Shown here piece after piece: positions 47,212-56,800 of a stretch of 64,000 nt of DNA (positions are counted from its first letter, which is position 1; every line of letters starts with the position of its first letter). The notes below the pieces were generated by a model, which saw only the letters and a program-made list of their open reading frames with translations, had not been told where the DNA came from and did not search any database. Both the position numbers and the translations under genes were made by a program. This DNA is from a bacterium (lineage in GTDB: Bacteria > Babelota > Babeliae > Babelales > RVW-14), in NCBI GenBank assembly GCA_016699045.1, contig CP064957.1, positions 341,599 to 405,598 of the forward strand, in the 5' to 3' direction.

Positions 47212-49101
47212 TTATTGCAAAATAGTGACCACCGCAGGATCATCAAGTGTCGTTTTTTTGCCTGATAACCAATTGATAGCAACCGGTGTGAGATCGGGAT
47301 CGTAATAAAAATTTTTCTTGGTGCAGGGCACTTGTTTTGCAAAGTTAAGCCAAATTGGAAAAGCGGTAGAGCTTGCGTACACATACCGACCCATCGGCTT
47401 ATTGTCATCACGGCCCACATACACCGCCATGGTATATTCTGGCGTTGAACCGACAAACCACGTTGACATGGCCTCGTTGGTTGAACCAGTTTTACCGATC
47501 GCTTCGCTCTGCAACCACCCTTTTTTTTCATACATCGGTTTAGCAAAAACCAAACGGTACGTCAGCGCTTTAACCATTTTTGAATTTGTTTTGGTATCCA
47601 GCACACGATGCTGAATTGGTTCATGCTCCCACATTTTACGACCCCACTCATCTTTAACCCATTCAATCAGATGCGGCTTTACATAAACACCATTGTTGGC
47701 AAACACATTAAAAGCAGCCACATTTTCTTCAACCGAACCGTGCGCGGTTCCAAGCGCCAACGATGGGTATGGCGTCAGATCGCGCGTAATCCCAAAACGC
47801 TGCGCCCATGCGGCAACTTTAGGCGCACCAATCTGCATCAACAATTTAATGGCGATAATATTGTTTGAAAGCGAAAGTGCACGCACCAGCGTCATAGAAC
47901 CTTCATATTTACGATTCCAATTGCGCGGTTGCCATTTTTTTCCTTGATCAGAAACAAGCTCAATCGGTTCATCAATAAAAACATTATCCATCTCAAAGCC
48001 AGACGTCATTGCCAACGAATATAAAATTGGTTTGAATGAAGAACCAAGTTGTCGATACGCTTGAAAAGCACGGTTGAATTGTGATTTTTTAAAATCATAC
48101 CCGCCAATGAGTGCTTTAATACCACCCGTTTGAGCGTGCATGCACAGCATACCACCATTTAATATTTCGCCCATTTCGTCACGCATTTTTTTTATTTTTG
48201 GTGCAAACGCATTTTCTGCCGCTTGCTGCATGTCGGTATTAATCGTCGTTTTAATACGTAAGCCTTTTGAATATAAAACTTCCTTACCCCATTTATTTTC
48301 AGCCCACGCACGAATCCATTCTTGAATATACAAACGCATTGGATTGCCGGGAATATAATCTTCAACCACCAATGGTTTTTCTCGTGCCACCTCACAATCT
48401 TGCTTTTCAATAAAGCCAAGGTTGTACATGCTGCGCAGCACGACATTGCGCCGCTTGCGCGCGGTCAACGGAGCATTGAGCGGGGAATAAAAACGCGCTG
48501 ACTTTGCAACAGCTGCCAACATAGCCGCTTCATCAGTATCAACCTGCTCAACTGCCTTATTCCAAAAACGTTTACACGCTGCTTGAACACCATAAATGCC
48601 GCGCCCAAAATACATATTATTTAAATATAATTCTAAAATTTGCTGTTTACTCAATTGCCGCTCAAGCTGCAAGGCAACAAACAATTCTTTAATTTTTCGT
48701 AGCCAGGTTCGCTCATGCGAAAGATATAACAAGCGCGCTACTTGCTGCGTGATGGTACTGGCACCTTGAACCACGCGACCGTGATACACATTCACCAGCG
48801 CTGAGCGCACAATGCCTTTGATTGAAAAACCGCAATGATTGAAAAATTGGTGGTCTTCAGCAGCCACAAACGCGTTCACCACCACCGCTGGAATTTGATT
48901 GAACGAAACAAGCTCGCGCCGATCTAGTTCAAAGCGCGCCAACTCATTACCGTGGTCATCCAAAACAACTGACGGACACACTTTTTCTTGACGCTCTAGG
49001 GCAGTACAATCGACCCAATTATTTTCAAGAAAAAATAAGCCAACACCAAAAAATAAACTTGCCGATAGAAAAAAAGTTACAAAAATTATTCGAAAAATCA
49101 T
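47212..49101 (-). CDS. mrcA: penicillin-binding protein 1A (bifunctional transglycosylase/transpeptidase)
   Basis: GT51 motifs AAEDHQFFNHCGF, GASTITQQ and RKIKE are present, together with transpeptidase motifs SSFKP, SLSNN and KTGST. Confidence 0.9.
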   Translation of the reverse strand: MIFRIIFVTFFLSASLFFGVGLFFLENNWVDCTALERQEKVCPSVVLDDHGNELARFELDRRELVSFNQIPAVVVNAFVAAEDHQFFNHCGFSIKGIVRSALVNVYHGRVVQGASTITQQVARLLYLSHERTWLRKIKELFVALQLERQLSKQQILELYLNNMYFGRGIYGVQAACKRFWNKAVEQVDTDEAAMLAAVAKSARFYSPLNAPLTARKRRNVVLRSMYNLGFIEKQDCEVAREKPLVVEDYIPGNPMRLYIQEWIRAWAENKWGKEVLYSKGLRIKTTINTDMQQAAENAFAPKIKKMRDEMGEILNGGMLCMHAQTGGIKALIGGYDFKKSQFNRAFQAYRQLGSSFKPILYSLAMTSGFEMDNVFIDEPIELVSDQGKKWQPRNWNRKYEGSMTLVRALSLSNNIIAIKLLMQIGAPKVAAWAQRFGITRDLTPYPSLALGTAHGSVEENVAAFNVFANNGVYVKPHLIEWVKDEWGRKMWEHEPIQHRVLDTKTNSKMVKALTYRLVFAKPMYEKKGWLQSEAIGKTGSTNEAMSTWFVGSTPEYTMAVYVGRDDNKPMGRYVYASSTAFPIWLNFAKQVPCTKKNFYYDPDLTPVAINWLSGKKTTLDDPAVVTILQ

Positions 49102-50369
49102 AGATCGTTGCTCGGCACTGCCGACCCATCAAGCAACAGTTGATAATCATCCGTCATCGAATAATGATAACGCGGCATCACACCCGTTCTCTGCCGCTGC
49201 TGCACCATTGAAAAAAAGTTTGTTGGCTTAAACGTGAGCGTTATCAATTCAAAGTTCCTTTGAGATCTCAAGAAAGTCAATTTTTTCACACCACCGTTAA
49301 GAGTAACAAAATGCCAACATGAAATCCCAGAAAAGGCGACTCCCGCTGGCAACGATATCGTACAGGCATTCTTGGGATTAGCTCGAGACGCAATGACAAG
49401 CTCTGAACGATAACCTCTTTTCCCATCATCACCGCGAAATGCCATCATGATCAAGTTTGGCTCATCAAAAAAATCCATATAATAAAAGCACCTTCTGCAA
49501 GGGTTGAGAAGATGACGAATAAACTCTCTGTCACTACGAGAGTCCAGTGAGTCATACAGCAAATCGGTCAGAAAGCTCGCCTTGCTATTGCGTAATATAA
49601 AGTATGGCGCAAGAGAAGAAACAGGTCCCATGTTAGTTTCGTTCGGTGCAAATCGTGGCCCCTCAAAAAACCGTAGCATCATTGTTGGACTATGAGCAGA
49701 GGTTTGCGATCCGACAACAAAGCACAAGTCTGAAAAAGATTTTTTAAAAGAAAAATGACGCACGCCCTTGGGAACGTACGTAGAAAATGCACATTGCTTG
49801 TCAATCAAATCTTTGAGATCATTCCTGGTAAAACTACCGTGCTGTTGTATGTGGCTTGCCGCTTGAAGATCCCATACAAAAACATGCCCACTTTGATAAG
49901 CCAACCCAATAGTGCGACTATCAGAAGAAAAATCGACACTTGGTAAGCCCAAAAAATCACTCTTAAAAAAGTATACAATTTCATACGCCTTGGTCTTATC
50001 ATTATACTGACAAAGCACCGTAGAGACGTCATCATCAAAAGAACCGAAAAGACAGACTAAATAGCGTCCATCTGGAGAGAATTTAAGTTTCTCAGCACGA
50101 CAATTCCTGGACGGCATCGTTATTTCATACGGACATCGAGTTCCCGTTTCTGCGTCAAAAAAGAGCACTTGACCAGTATCAGTTCCCATGGCAAAAATCG
50201 TATTATTATCTGGCGAGGCTGAAAGCGCAGCACACCAGATAGCCTCATCTTCATCGCCCTGCAGATTAAGCTTCACCCACGACATTTCAACCGAAAACGA
50301 ATGCAACGATGTATGTAATGCAAAACCGGTCAACATCAACATACACACGATTATTTTTTGTATCGACAT
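49098..50369 (-). CDS. secreted WD40-like beta-propeller protein (tentative)
   Basis: Has a signal peptide. WD-like segments include KLKFSPDGRYLV and SSDSRTIGLAYQSGHVFVWDL. There is a 4-nt overlap with the downstream PBP1A gene. Confidence 0.4.
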   Translation of the reverse strand: MSIQKIIVCMLMLTGFALHTSLHSFSVEMSWVKLNLQGDEDEAIWCAALSASPDNNTIFAMGTDTGQVLFFDAETGTRCPYEITMPSRNCRAEKLKFSPDGRYLVCLFGSFDDDVSTVLCQYNDKTKAYEIVYFFKSDFLGLPSVDFSSDSRTIGLAYQSGHVFVWDLQAASHIQQHGSFTRNDLKDLIDKQCAFSTYVPKGVRHFSFKKSFSDLCFVVGSQTSAHSPTMMLRFFEGPRFAPNETNMGPVSSLAPYFILRNSKASFLTDLLYDSLDSRSDREFIRHLLNPCRRCFYYMDFFDEPNLIMMAFRGDDGKRGYRSELVIASRANPKNACTISLPAGVAFSGISCWHFVTLNGGVKKLTFLRSQRNFELITLTFKPTNFFSMVQQRQRTGVMPRYHYSMTDDYQLLLDGSAVPSNDL

Positions 50370-50390
50370 GTTGTTTTTTCTCTCGTTTTT

Positions 50391-53300
50391 TTATTCGTTA
50401 ACGCGCACTCCCCAATCGCCGGGCACATACCACGCACCAGAGGCACTATCACGCACGATAGTACCGACGTTATAATTTTTATCAAGATCAACATTAAGCG
50501 CTGCGGTAATTGAATTATCATTTGAAACGCTGTCTTGCGTTGTTGTGGTTGAAATTGAGGTAACGCGCACAAAATCATTTGAAGTCTGATCTTTTGGATT
50601 GGTGTTAAAAAGAAGCGCACCATCAGTTGCAAAACTACTACGATACTGATCATATTGCACCAGCGGGCCTGCAACTTGTTGAGTCGCATCAGCACCGCGT
50701 TTGTCGATAATCTGAATGTTAATAGTCCCTACAGAATCTTCGATTACCGCAAAACGATACACCTGCGTAACAATATCTCGCGACGGCACAATATCATTTG
50801 CTTCGTTTTCAGCAACTTCAAGGGGATCTAAAACACGCTGTCCACGCATAAGCGCGTACAGATTTCCCGGCAGCTGCGGCACACCGTTGCGATTACCCGA
50901 CAAATAATCAAGTTGCAACGTTTCATTACCACCACCAGAAACAGCACGCAACTCGGTAAGCGACCCGCCAAGAGTATTTACCGACCCTAAAAGGCCCTGC
51001 GGCGTTGCAACAAAAACAACATCATTGTTATTACTATCACGCGCTACCACCAAGTCGTTGCCGCTTTCAACAGCAAGACTTCCATTGGCAGCACCATTAA
51101 GCGCGCGACGATACAATTTTTTATTAGTAAGCACATACAGCGCACCGTTGCGCACCCTGCGAGCGCCAGTAGCGTCAACATAAATCTGGTCAGGCAAGGC
51201 CTCTATTTTTATCACGGGGTCTTTGATATCGGTCAGATTACTGTTTGACCACGTAATTTCAGAAACATCCAGCAATCCTTTCTTTTCATTTGCAGCATCG
51301 GTGGCCGTTCCTTTTACCACACCACCAAAACCACCCACAAACATAAGCGACTGGCCAGTCGCAGGATTACCGTCTGGTTGTGTTGTATCAGTACTCAACC
51401 GATTAAATTGCTGCGTTATGGCAACACAACGCAAGGGCGCAATCGCCGTCAGCAAAGGATCAGTTTCCACATAAATCGTACCAGCAAAGTTAGCTGTTGG
51501 TACAAACTCCCCAGCCAAAACCGCACCTGTTTCAATAAGTGCAAGTTGACGCGAACCCACCGCCACCATCATTGAAAAACGACCACGATAAAAACTTGGT
51601 GTGTTTTCATCAAAATTTAAAACTTGATGCACGCCGCCCGTATTTGCAGAAAACAATGCACTCAATTGCGTACTCAATAAACCATCTTGTGTGCCGCCAT
51701 GAAGCGAAGCATCACCCAGGCCCCACGTGGTAATTTGACCAGCATTGGGAATCATTTGCTTGAGTGGATCAGCGTCGTTTTGTGTGCCCAAAAAATAAAA
51801 ATTTCCGGTTGTTGTATCAAGCCCCGCGCCATATGCTTTTTGCACCGAACCCATAACGCGCCCTGCTGGCGTCCAATCAACAATAAAACCTTGTTCATTT
51901 AAAATAGCCGTTGATTTGAATATGCCGACGTTACCATTATCAAAACCGGCTAGCGCCATAAACACCGAATCACCCTGCACAAAAATATCTTGGATATCAG
52001 CACCGGATAAAGGATCGCTACCACCAACCGCAACAGCAGAATGCGATTTGAGCGGCATTTCACTGATGCTTGTCGGTACATTGTACGGATAAGCAGTTAC
52101 GCCCTGCGTCGTCACTTTTGCAACGGAACCTTTAGAGGCTGGCTCTTCATTTACCATCTCACCAATCAATGGAATAGCATACACACGATCTTCAAGCCCC
52201 CCACCAAACAACACCCCACCAACCGCAACAGGCGATTGACTGGTAACGCCATTAAAAATTAGGTACGGCCTACCAGTACTTGTTTGCATAGTTTTAAGAA
52301 TCGGCGCAGAAAGCGTAATGTCAGCATCGCCACTATTTTGTGCTGTACGCACACCACGACTTGATTTACGATTGGTTGTACCATCAAAATAAAATCCAAA
52401 CGGCACTTCAATCGTATTAACCCTTTCGCTTGCTATCGCAGCATTAGAAGCCGATTGTACCGCAATAATTTGGTTCATTACCTCAACATTTACCGCATCG
52501 CGGACAGACGCAGCACTGCCACCACCATTTGCTGCTTTTTGAGCTGCCACTAGCACCGCCGTTAACGAAGTATACGTTTGTAAAAATTTATTAGCCTTCA
52601 ACGTTGCGTACGTCACTGGCACGCCATCCATATTTAGTAGCGGCCCACCATCAACATTGTTTACTAGAAATGCGCCAAAAGGAACCGGCGTTACGGCATT
52701 TACTACGCTTGCAGCGTTGGCACCTGATTGCCCCGCAACAGCACTTGCCTTATCCATCTGCTCCATAACATTATACACCGCCACATCATAATCATGGCCA
52801 ATGTTTTGATCGTCATAAAAATGAGCTTTCGTTGGGTTGTAAATAAATGGACTCAGCAAAAACGTATTGCCTTTGCCAATATTGGCGGTCGTATCAACAA
52901 AGCCCATGATAATATCCATAACGCCACCTTCTTTGGTAGCATCATCACGCTCAACACCAGAAAAGCCAACATACAAACGTTGCAGCGTCTCGTCCCAGCA
53001 CATCGCAACATCATTACCAATCACGGCAGATGTAATTGATGTTGTACCACTACCTTGAGTAAAAGCAATAAGCTGGTCGACGGCATCAACAAAAATTTTT
53101 GCAGCAGGCACTTCTGTTGTTGTTGCAATATCAAGCGCATTGAGTTGCTGAAACGATGAAACGGTTGCCGCCTCCTGCTTTTCTGAAACTTCTTTGAGTA
53201 TGGCAACGCCACGATTAACACCAGCAGCAGCACCAAAGCTACTTGCTGTTGAATCTGGCACGGCAACAAAAACAAAATCATTGCCGCCAGCAACATTTGC

Positions 53301-53828
53301 CAATGCCGTTGTCACATCTTGATTTGCCGCATCTTTGATAAGCGCATTCTCTTTCGTACTCAACATTTTAGTACCAGCAGCCACATCAGTAACAACAAAA
53401 AATTGGTTACTGGTTGGTGACGCATTTGTAGCTGGTGTTTCGGGCACCACAATGGGATACGAATTTTTATACAAGCCAAGATGCTTAACTTTTTTTGTTA
53501 GCAACTGATTATCTTGATTCGCTACACCATTTAACGTCACTTTGGCAGGCGTCAATGATTGAACTACCGCAACTTGCTCGGTTTCATTATTATTTTCTAA
53601 TACTAACCGCGCAAGCGTAAAATTCGTTTCATTGGGCATTATGGCAGGATTGGTGGTCGTTAACTCGGTAGCAGAACCAAGAAAAAGCATCGGCTGGTCA
53701 TCAACTACCGCATAAGCCGTTTTATCAAAATAAACGCTTGGAACGTTTGAAACAACTGGCACACTTTTTATAATCGCACCAACAAAGGGGTAAATGCCAA
53801 GAACTACTAAAAAAAATATCTTTTTCAT
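50391..53828 (-). CDS. giant secreted/surface protein, paralog A (unknown family, conserved C-terminal tail)
   Basis: An AAGGA SD lies 8 nt before the ATG at 53828, giving the signal peptide MKKIFFLVVLGIYPFVGA. It shares blocks with 53840..58633 and 61388..64000 (WDE.LQRL, M.TSTG..YLI.NG, IFKS.A...E.G....WT). It ends ...DSASGAWYVPGDWGVRVNE. Confidence 0.7.
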   Translation of the reverse strand: MKKIFFLVVLGIYPFVGAIIKSVPVVSNVPSVYFDKTAYAVVDDQPMLFLGSATELTTTNPAIMPNETNFTLARLVLENNNETEQVAVVQSLTPAKVTLNGVANQDNQLLTKKVKHLGLYKNSYPIVVPETPATNASPTSNQFFVVTDVAAGTKMLSTKENALIKDAANQDVTTALANVAGGNDFVFVAVPDSTASSFGAAAGVNRGVAILKEVSEKQEAATVSSFQQLNALDIATTTEVPAAKIFVDAVDQLIAFTQGSGTTSITSAVIGNDVAMCWDETLQRLYVGFSGVERDDATKEGGVMDIIMGFVDTTANIGKGNTFLLSPFIYNPTKAHFYDDQNIGHDYDVAVYNVMEQMDKASAVAGQSGANAASVVNAVTPVPFGAFLVNNVDGGPLLNMDGVPVTYATLKANKFLQTYTSLTAVLVAAQKAANGGGSAASVRDAVNVEVMNQIIAVQSASNAAIASERVNTIEVPFGFYFDGTTNRKSSRGVRTAQNSGDADITLSAPILKTMQTSTGRPYLIFNGVTSQSPVAVGGVLFGGGLEDRVYAIPLIGEMVNEEPASKGSVAKVTTQGVTAYPYNVPTSISEMPLKSHSAVAVGGSDPLSGADIQDIFVQGDSVFMALAGFDNGNVGIFKSTAILNEQGFIVDWTPAGRVMGSVQKAYGAGLDTTTGNFYFLGTQNDADPLKQMIPNAGQITTWGLGDASLHGGTQDGLLSTQLSALFSANTGGVHQVLNFDENTPSFYRGRFSMMVAVGSRQLALIETGAVLAGEFVPTANFAGTIYVETDPLLTAIAPLRCVAITQQFNRLSTDTTQPDGNPATGQSLMFVGGFGGVVKGTATDAANEKKGLLDVSEITWSNSNLTDIKDPVIKIEALPDQIYVDATGARRVRNGALYVLTNKKLYRRALNGAANGSLAVESGNDLVVARDSNNNDVVFVATPQGLLGSVNTLGGSLTELRAVSGGGNETLQLDYLSGNRNGVPQLPGNLYALMRGQRVLDPLEVAENEANDIVPSRDIVTQVYRFAVIEDSVGTINIQIIDKRGADATQQVAGPLVQYDQYRSSFATDGALLFNTNPKDQTSNDFVRVTSISTTTTQDSVSNDNSITAALNVDLDKNYNVGTIVRDSASGAWYVPGDWGVRVNE

Positions 53829-53839
53829 TATGCTCATCC

Positions 53840-56800
53840 TTATTCATTCACGCGCACACCAAACTCGCCTGGCACATACACCGCACCCGAAGCCGTATCT
53901 TGTACCAACCGCGCTTGCTGCAATGGCAAGCTTAAGCTGAGATCAAAGTCAATTTCTTCAAATTTATGAGTGATTGGATTTTTTATGAAAGAGCTTGATG
54001 CTGGTCGTACGGGTACTGCATTCACAAAATTATCACCGCCAAAATGTTTGGTTCGCGCATAATAATCGAGCAGCCCCATAAACTCTGCGTCGCTGATTGG
54101 TTCATCAAATGAGCCGACTTTAAAGAAATAATCGGTCGGCGTATTGTTCGCATCAACGTACGGTTCTGCAATTGACGTGATATCGCCAGCACTCACATTA
54201 AAACGATACCGCGCTAAAAACTCTTGATTTTGATCAAGTGCAAAAGTATACAAATTTCCTTCTGCGGTAAAAACAGCTACTTTTTTTGACTGATCTGGTT
54301 GATTAACATCTTGCACTAAACGATTGCCACGCGATGATGAATAAAACTCAAACATGAGTGTTGGCCCAAGGTCTTTTTTCTGCTGCCAAAAAATATTCGT
54401 AACATCAGCCTGTTTTGGATATTTCTTTTGATAATCATCGGTCAATGTAGCCGAATCGTTTACATATAAACCTTTGGTTGTTGCAAGCAACAACGTTGTG
54501 GTATTTTTTGTAAGATCAACAGGGCTCATTGATGAACCTTGCACGTCTCGCTGCAAAACCATAACATCAAAAAATTCATCCAGTTCAGGATCAAAAATAT
54601 TTGCTAGTCCATCGATCGATTTGGCAACGCTTGCAACTTCAACCAGATACTTATCTTTAATATTCGCCTGCGTCCTTGTTGCTGTATCTTGTTCGAAAAT
54701 GCTGTTTCCGCTACCTTTTTCTAACTGATTCATATCGAGACGGTATAACGTATCACGCGTTAAAATGTATAAAAAATTATGTTGATCAGAAATAATGCGC
54801 CGCACATCTTTAAAAATATTTTCTGTCGTTCCATCGTCCGCCAACTTCATTAAACGTAGAAACCGCCAGTTTTTGCCACGTGGAAAGCTCGCACTAGCAG
54901 CACTACTCGAAAACTTATTCAAGCCCTTATTAATACGTGTGTCCCAGCCTTTACCATTAAACCCTTGTACAAAAACAGCAACACCAAACTCCCCACCCAC
55001 AAATAACCGACCACTGTTTGGCGACGCATCATCAAGCGGCATGCGTGCAATTTCAGCACACGTTATGGCGCCAAGCTGCCCAAGAGCCAACCCTGCACCA
55101 TCAGCATCATTGGCACTAAAAATTCGTACTGAAACATCGCTGGTTGAGCTACTAATAAAAGGACCAGTTGGCGCAAAAACGTTATTAGCAAAAATACCAC
55201 TTTCGATTAACGCAACGCGGCCTTGACCAGTCGCCACCATCATACCAAACTGTTCATAGCGTTGGCTTTGGTTTGGCGCCACAGCTTGTAGATTACGCTC
55301 TTTAAACCCGTAAGTATCTGGTGAAAAATCAAACAAACCAAAGAGCCCACCGGCATTGGCAAACACGGTATCAAGAACCGAAGACAGCGGCGCATTCATT
55401 GTTTGCGTATCGCTATGCAACACATTGTCACCCTTGCCCCACTCAGTCACACGCACCGTATTTATTTTTTGACTCGAATCTTCTGTTACAAACCAAAAGT
55501 TACTGGTCTCATCATCAAAATCAAAACCATACACTTTTTCTGGGCGCCCCATAACGCGCTGCCACGGGGTCCAAGCACGAATAGCGCCTTTTTCATTAAA
55601 CAATGCTTTACTTGCAAAAATACCGGCTTCACCCACATGCTCAGCATCACGCTCACCCGCTACTGAAACATAAATCGTATCACCATGAACCTGCATATCA
55701 GTAATTGTTAAAGTCGTATCAAATGAAAGTAATTGTGGGTCGGCTCCAACAATCGTTTGTACCTGAGAACTGACAGGCATATTGTGTACCAACTGCAAGA
55801 AATCATCTCTAAACGTACTCTCATACACTTGATGCAAAGCCCAGCCAGCACCAGCTTGAATTGCCGCAGCTGCACCAGTTTCTTTATTATTAGCCACCAT
55901 ACCACGAACAGCTTTTTTAGCCGCTTTTTGAAGATCGCTTTTAACCGAAACTTCAGAAATTCTATTTTGAAGAATAGCCGTGGCAATACCAGATGGACTC
56001 CCTAAAAATGCTTGCGCCGCAGCAACGGTAACAGGATTTTGTGTTCCAGATATTTTTACGCGTGCTTCAACAGCAAGAGCAGCTGTCCTACGATCACTAT
56101 ATTTATAAATTTCTTCCAAAATTGTTGATGCAAGTGCGTTAGCAGTCAATGGTGGATTTTGGTTAACGATATCCTTTACCGCCATTTTTGCTGTTGCTGT
56201 TAAAGGATTTGCCAAGCCATCAACTTCGTTGATCGCATCTTGAATATTCGTACGAACAGCTTCAAAAAATGGCGCAAAATCAAGAACACTCGCAGCACCA
56301 TTTGAATCAAAAAAACCAACAAATCCGGCATCATTGCCTTCATCGACCAATGGCATAGCATAAATCTGCGTATTTACATTGCGCGGATTATTGGTACGCG
56401 AACCAACGCCACCATTCACAATCAAATAACTTTTGCCAGTACTGGTATGCATCGTTCGCACGGCTCGTGCACTAGCAAAAAGATCGACGGGTGTGGTTGT
56501 GTTGTTATTGTTAGTATTATTTTCATAAAAACCAAGAATGTATTTATTGTAATTTCCTGCATCTTTTTCTACAAAGCTCGCTGCATCTGGATTACGTACA
56601 TCAGCAAAAAGATATGAGCTTGGATTTTTAAGAACGGGATAAAGCGTAATTTTTTGGTTAGCATCAACTTTACCAACCAACACTGAACACACACCCCCAG
56701 ATTTATTAGTTACGGCACCAACATTGTGCCCACGCGTCACATCAGACAAACCAATAAATAAGCGTTGCAGCGGCTCATCCCAGACCATATCAACGTCAGA

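Noticed and set aside
54795-55226. The ORF track lists many 60-160 aa ORFs antisense to or overlapping the giant genes. Examples are 54795-55226, 52728-53039, 51223-51474 and 42591-43061.
   Set aside because: They lie entirely inside much longer ORFs that have clear paralog support. Their compositions are low-complexity or biased, and they lack SD motifs. They are shadow ORFs.
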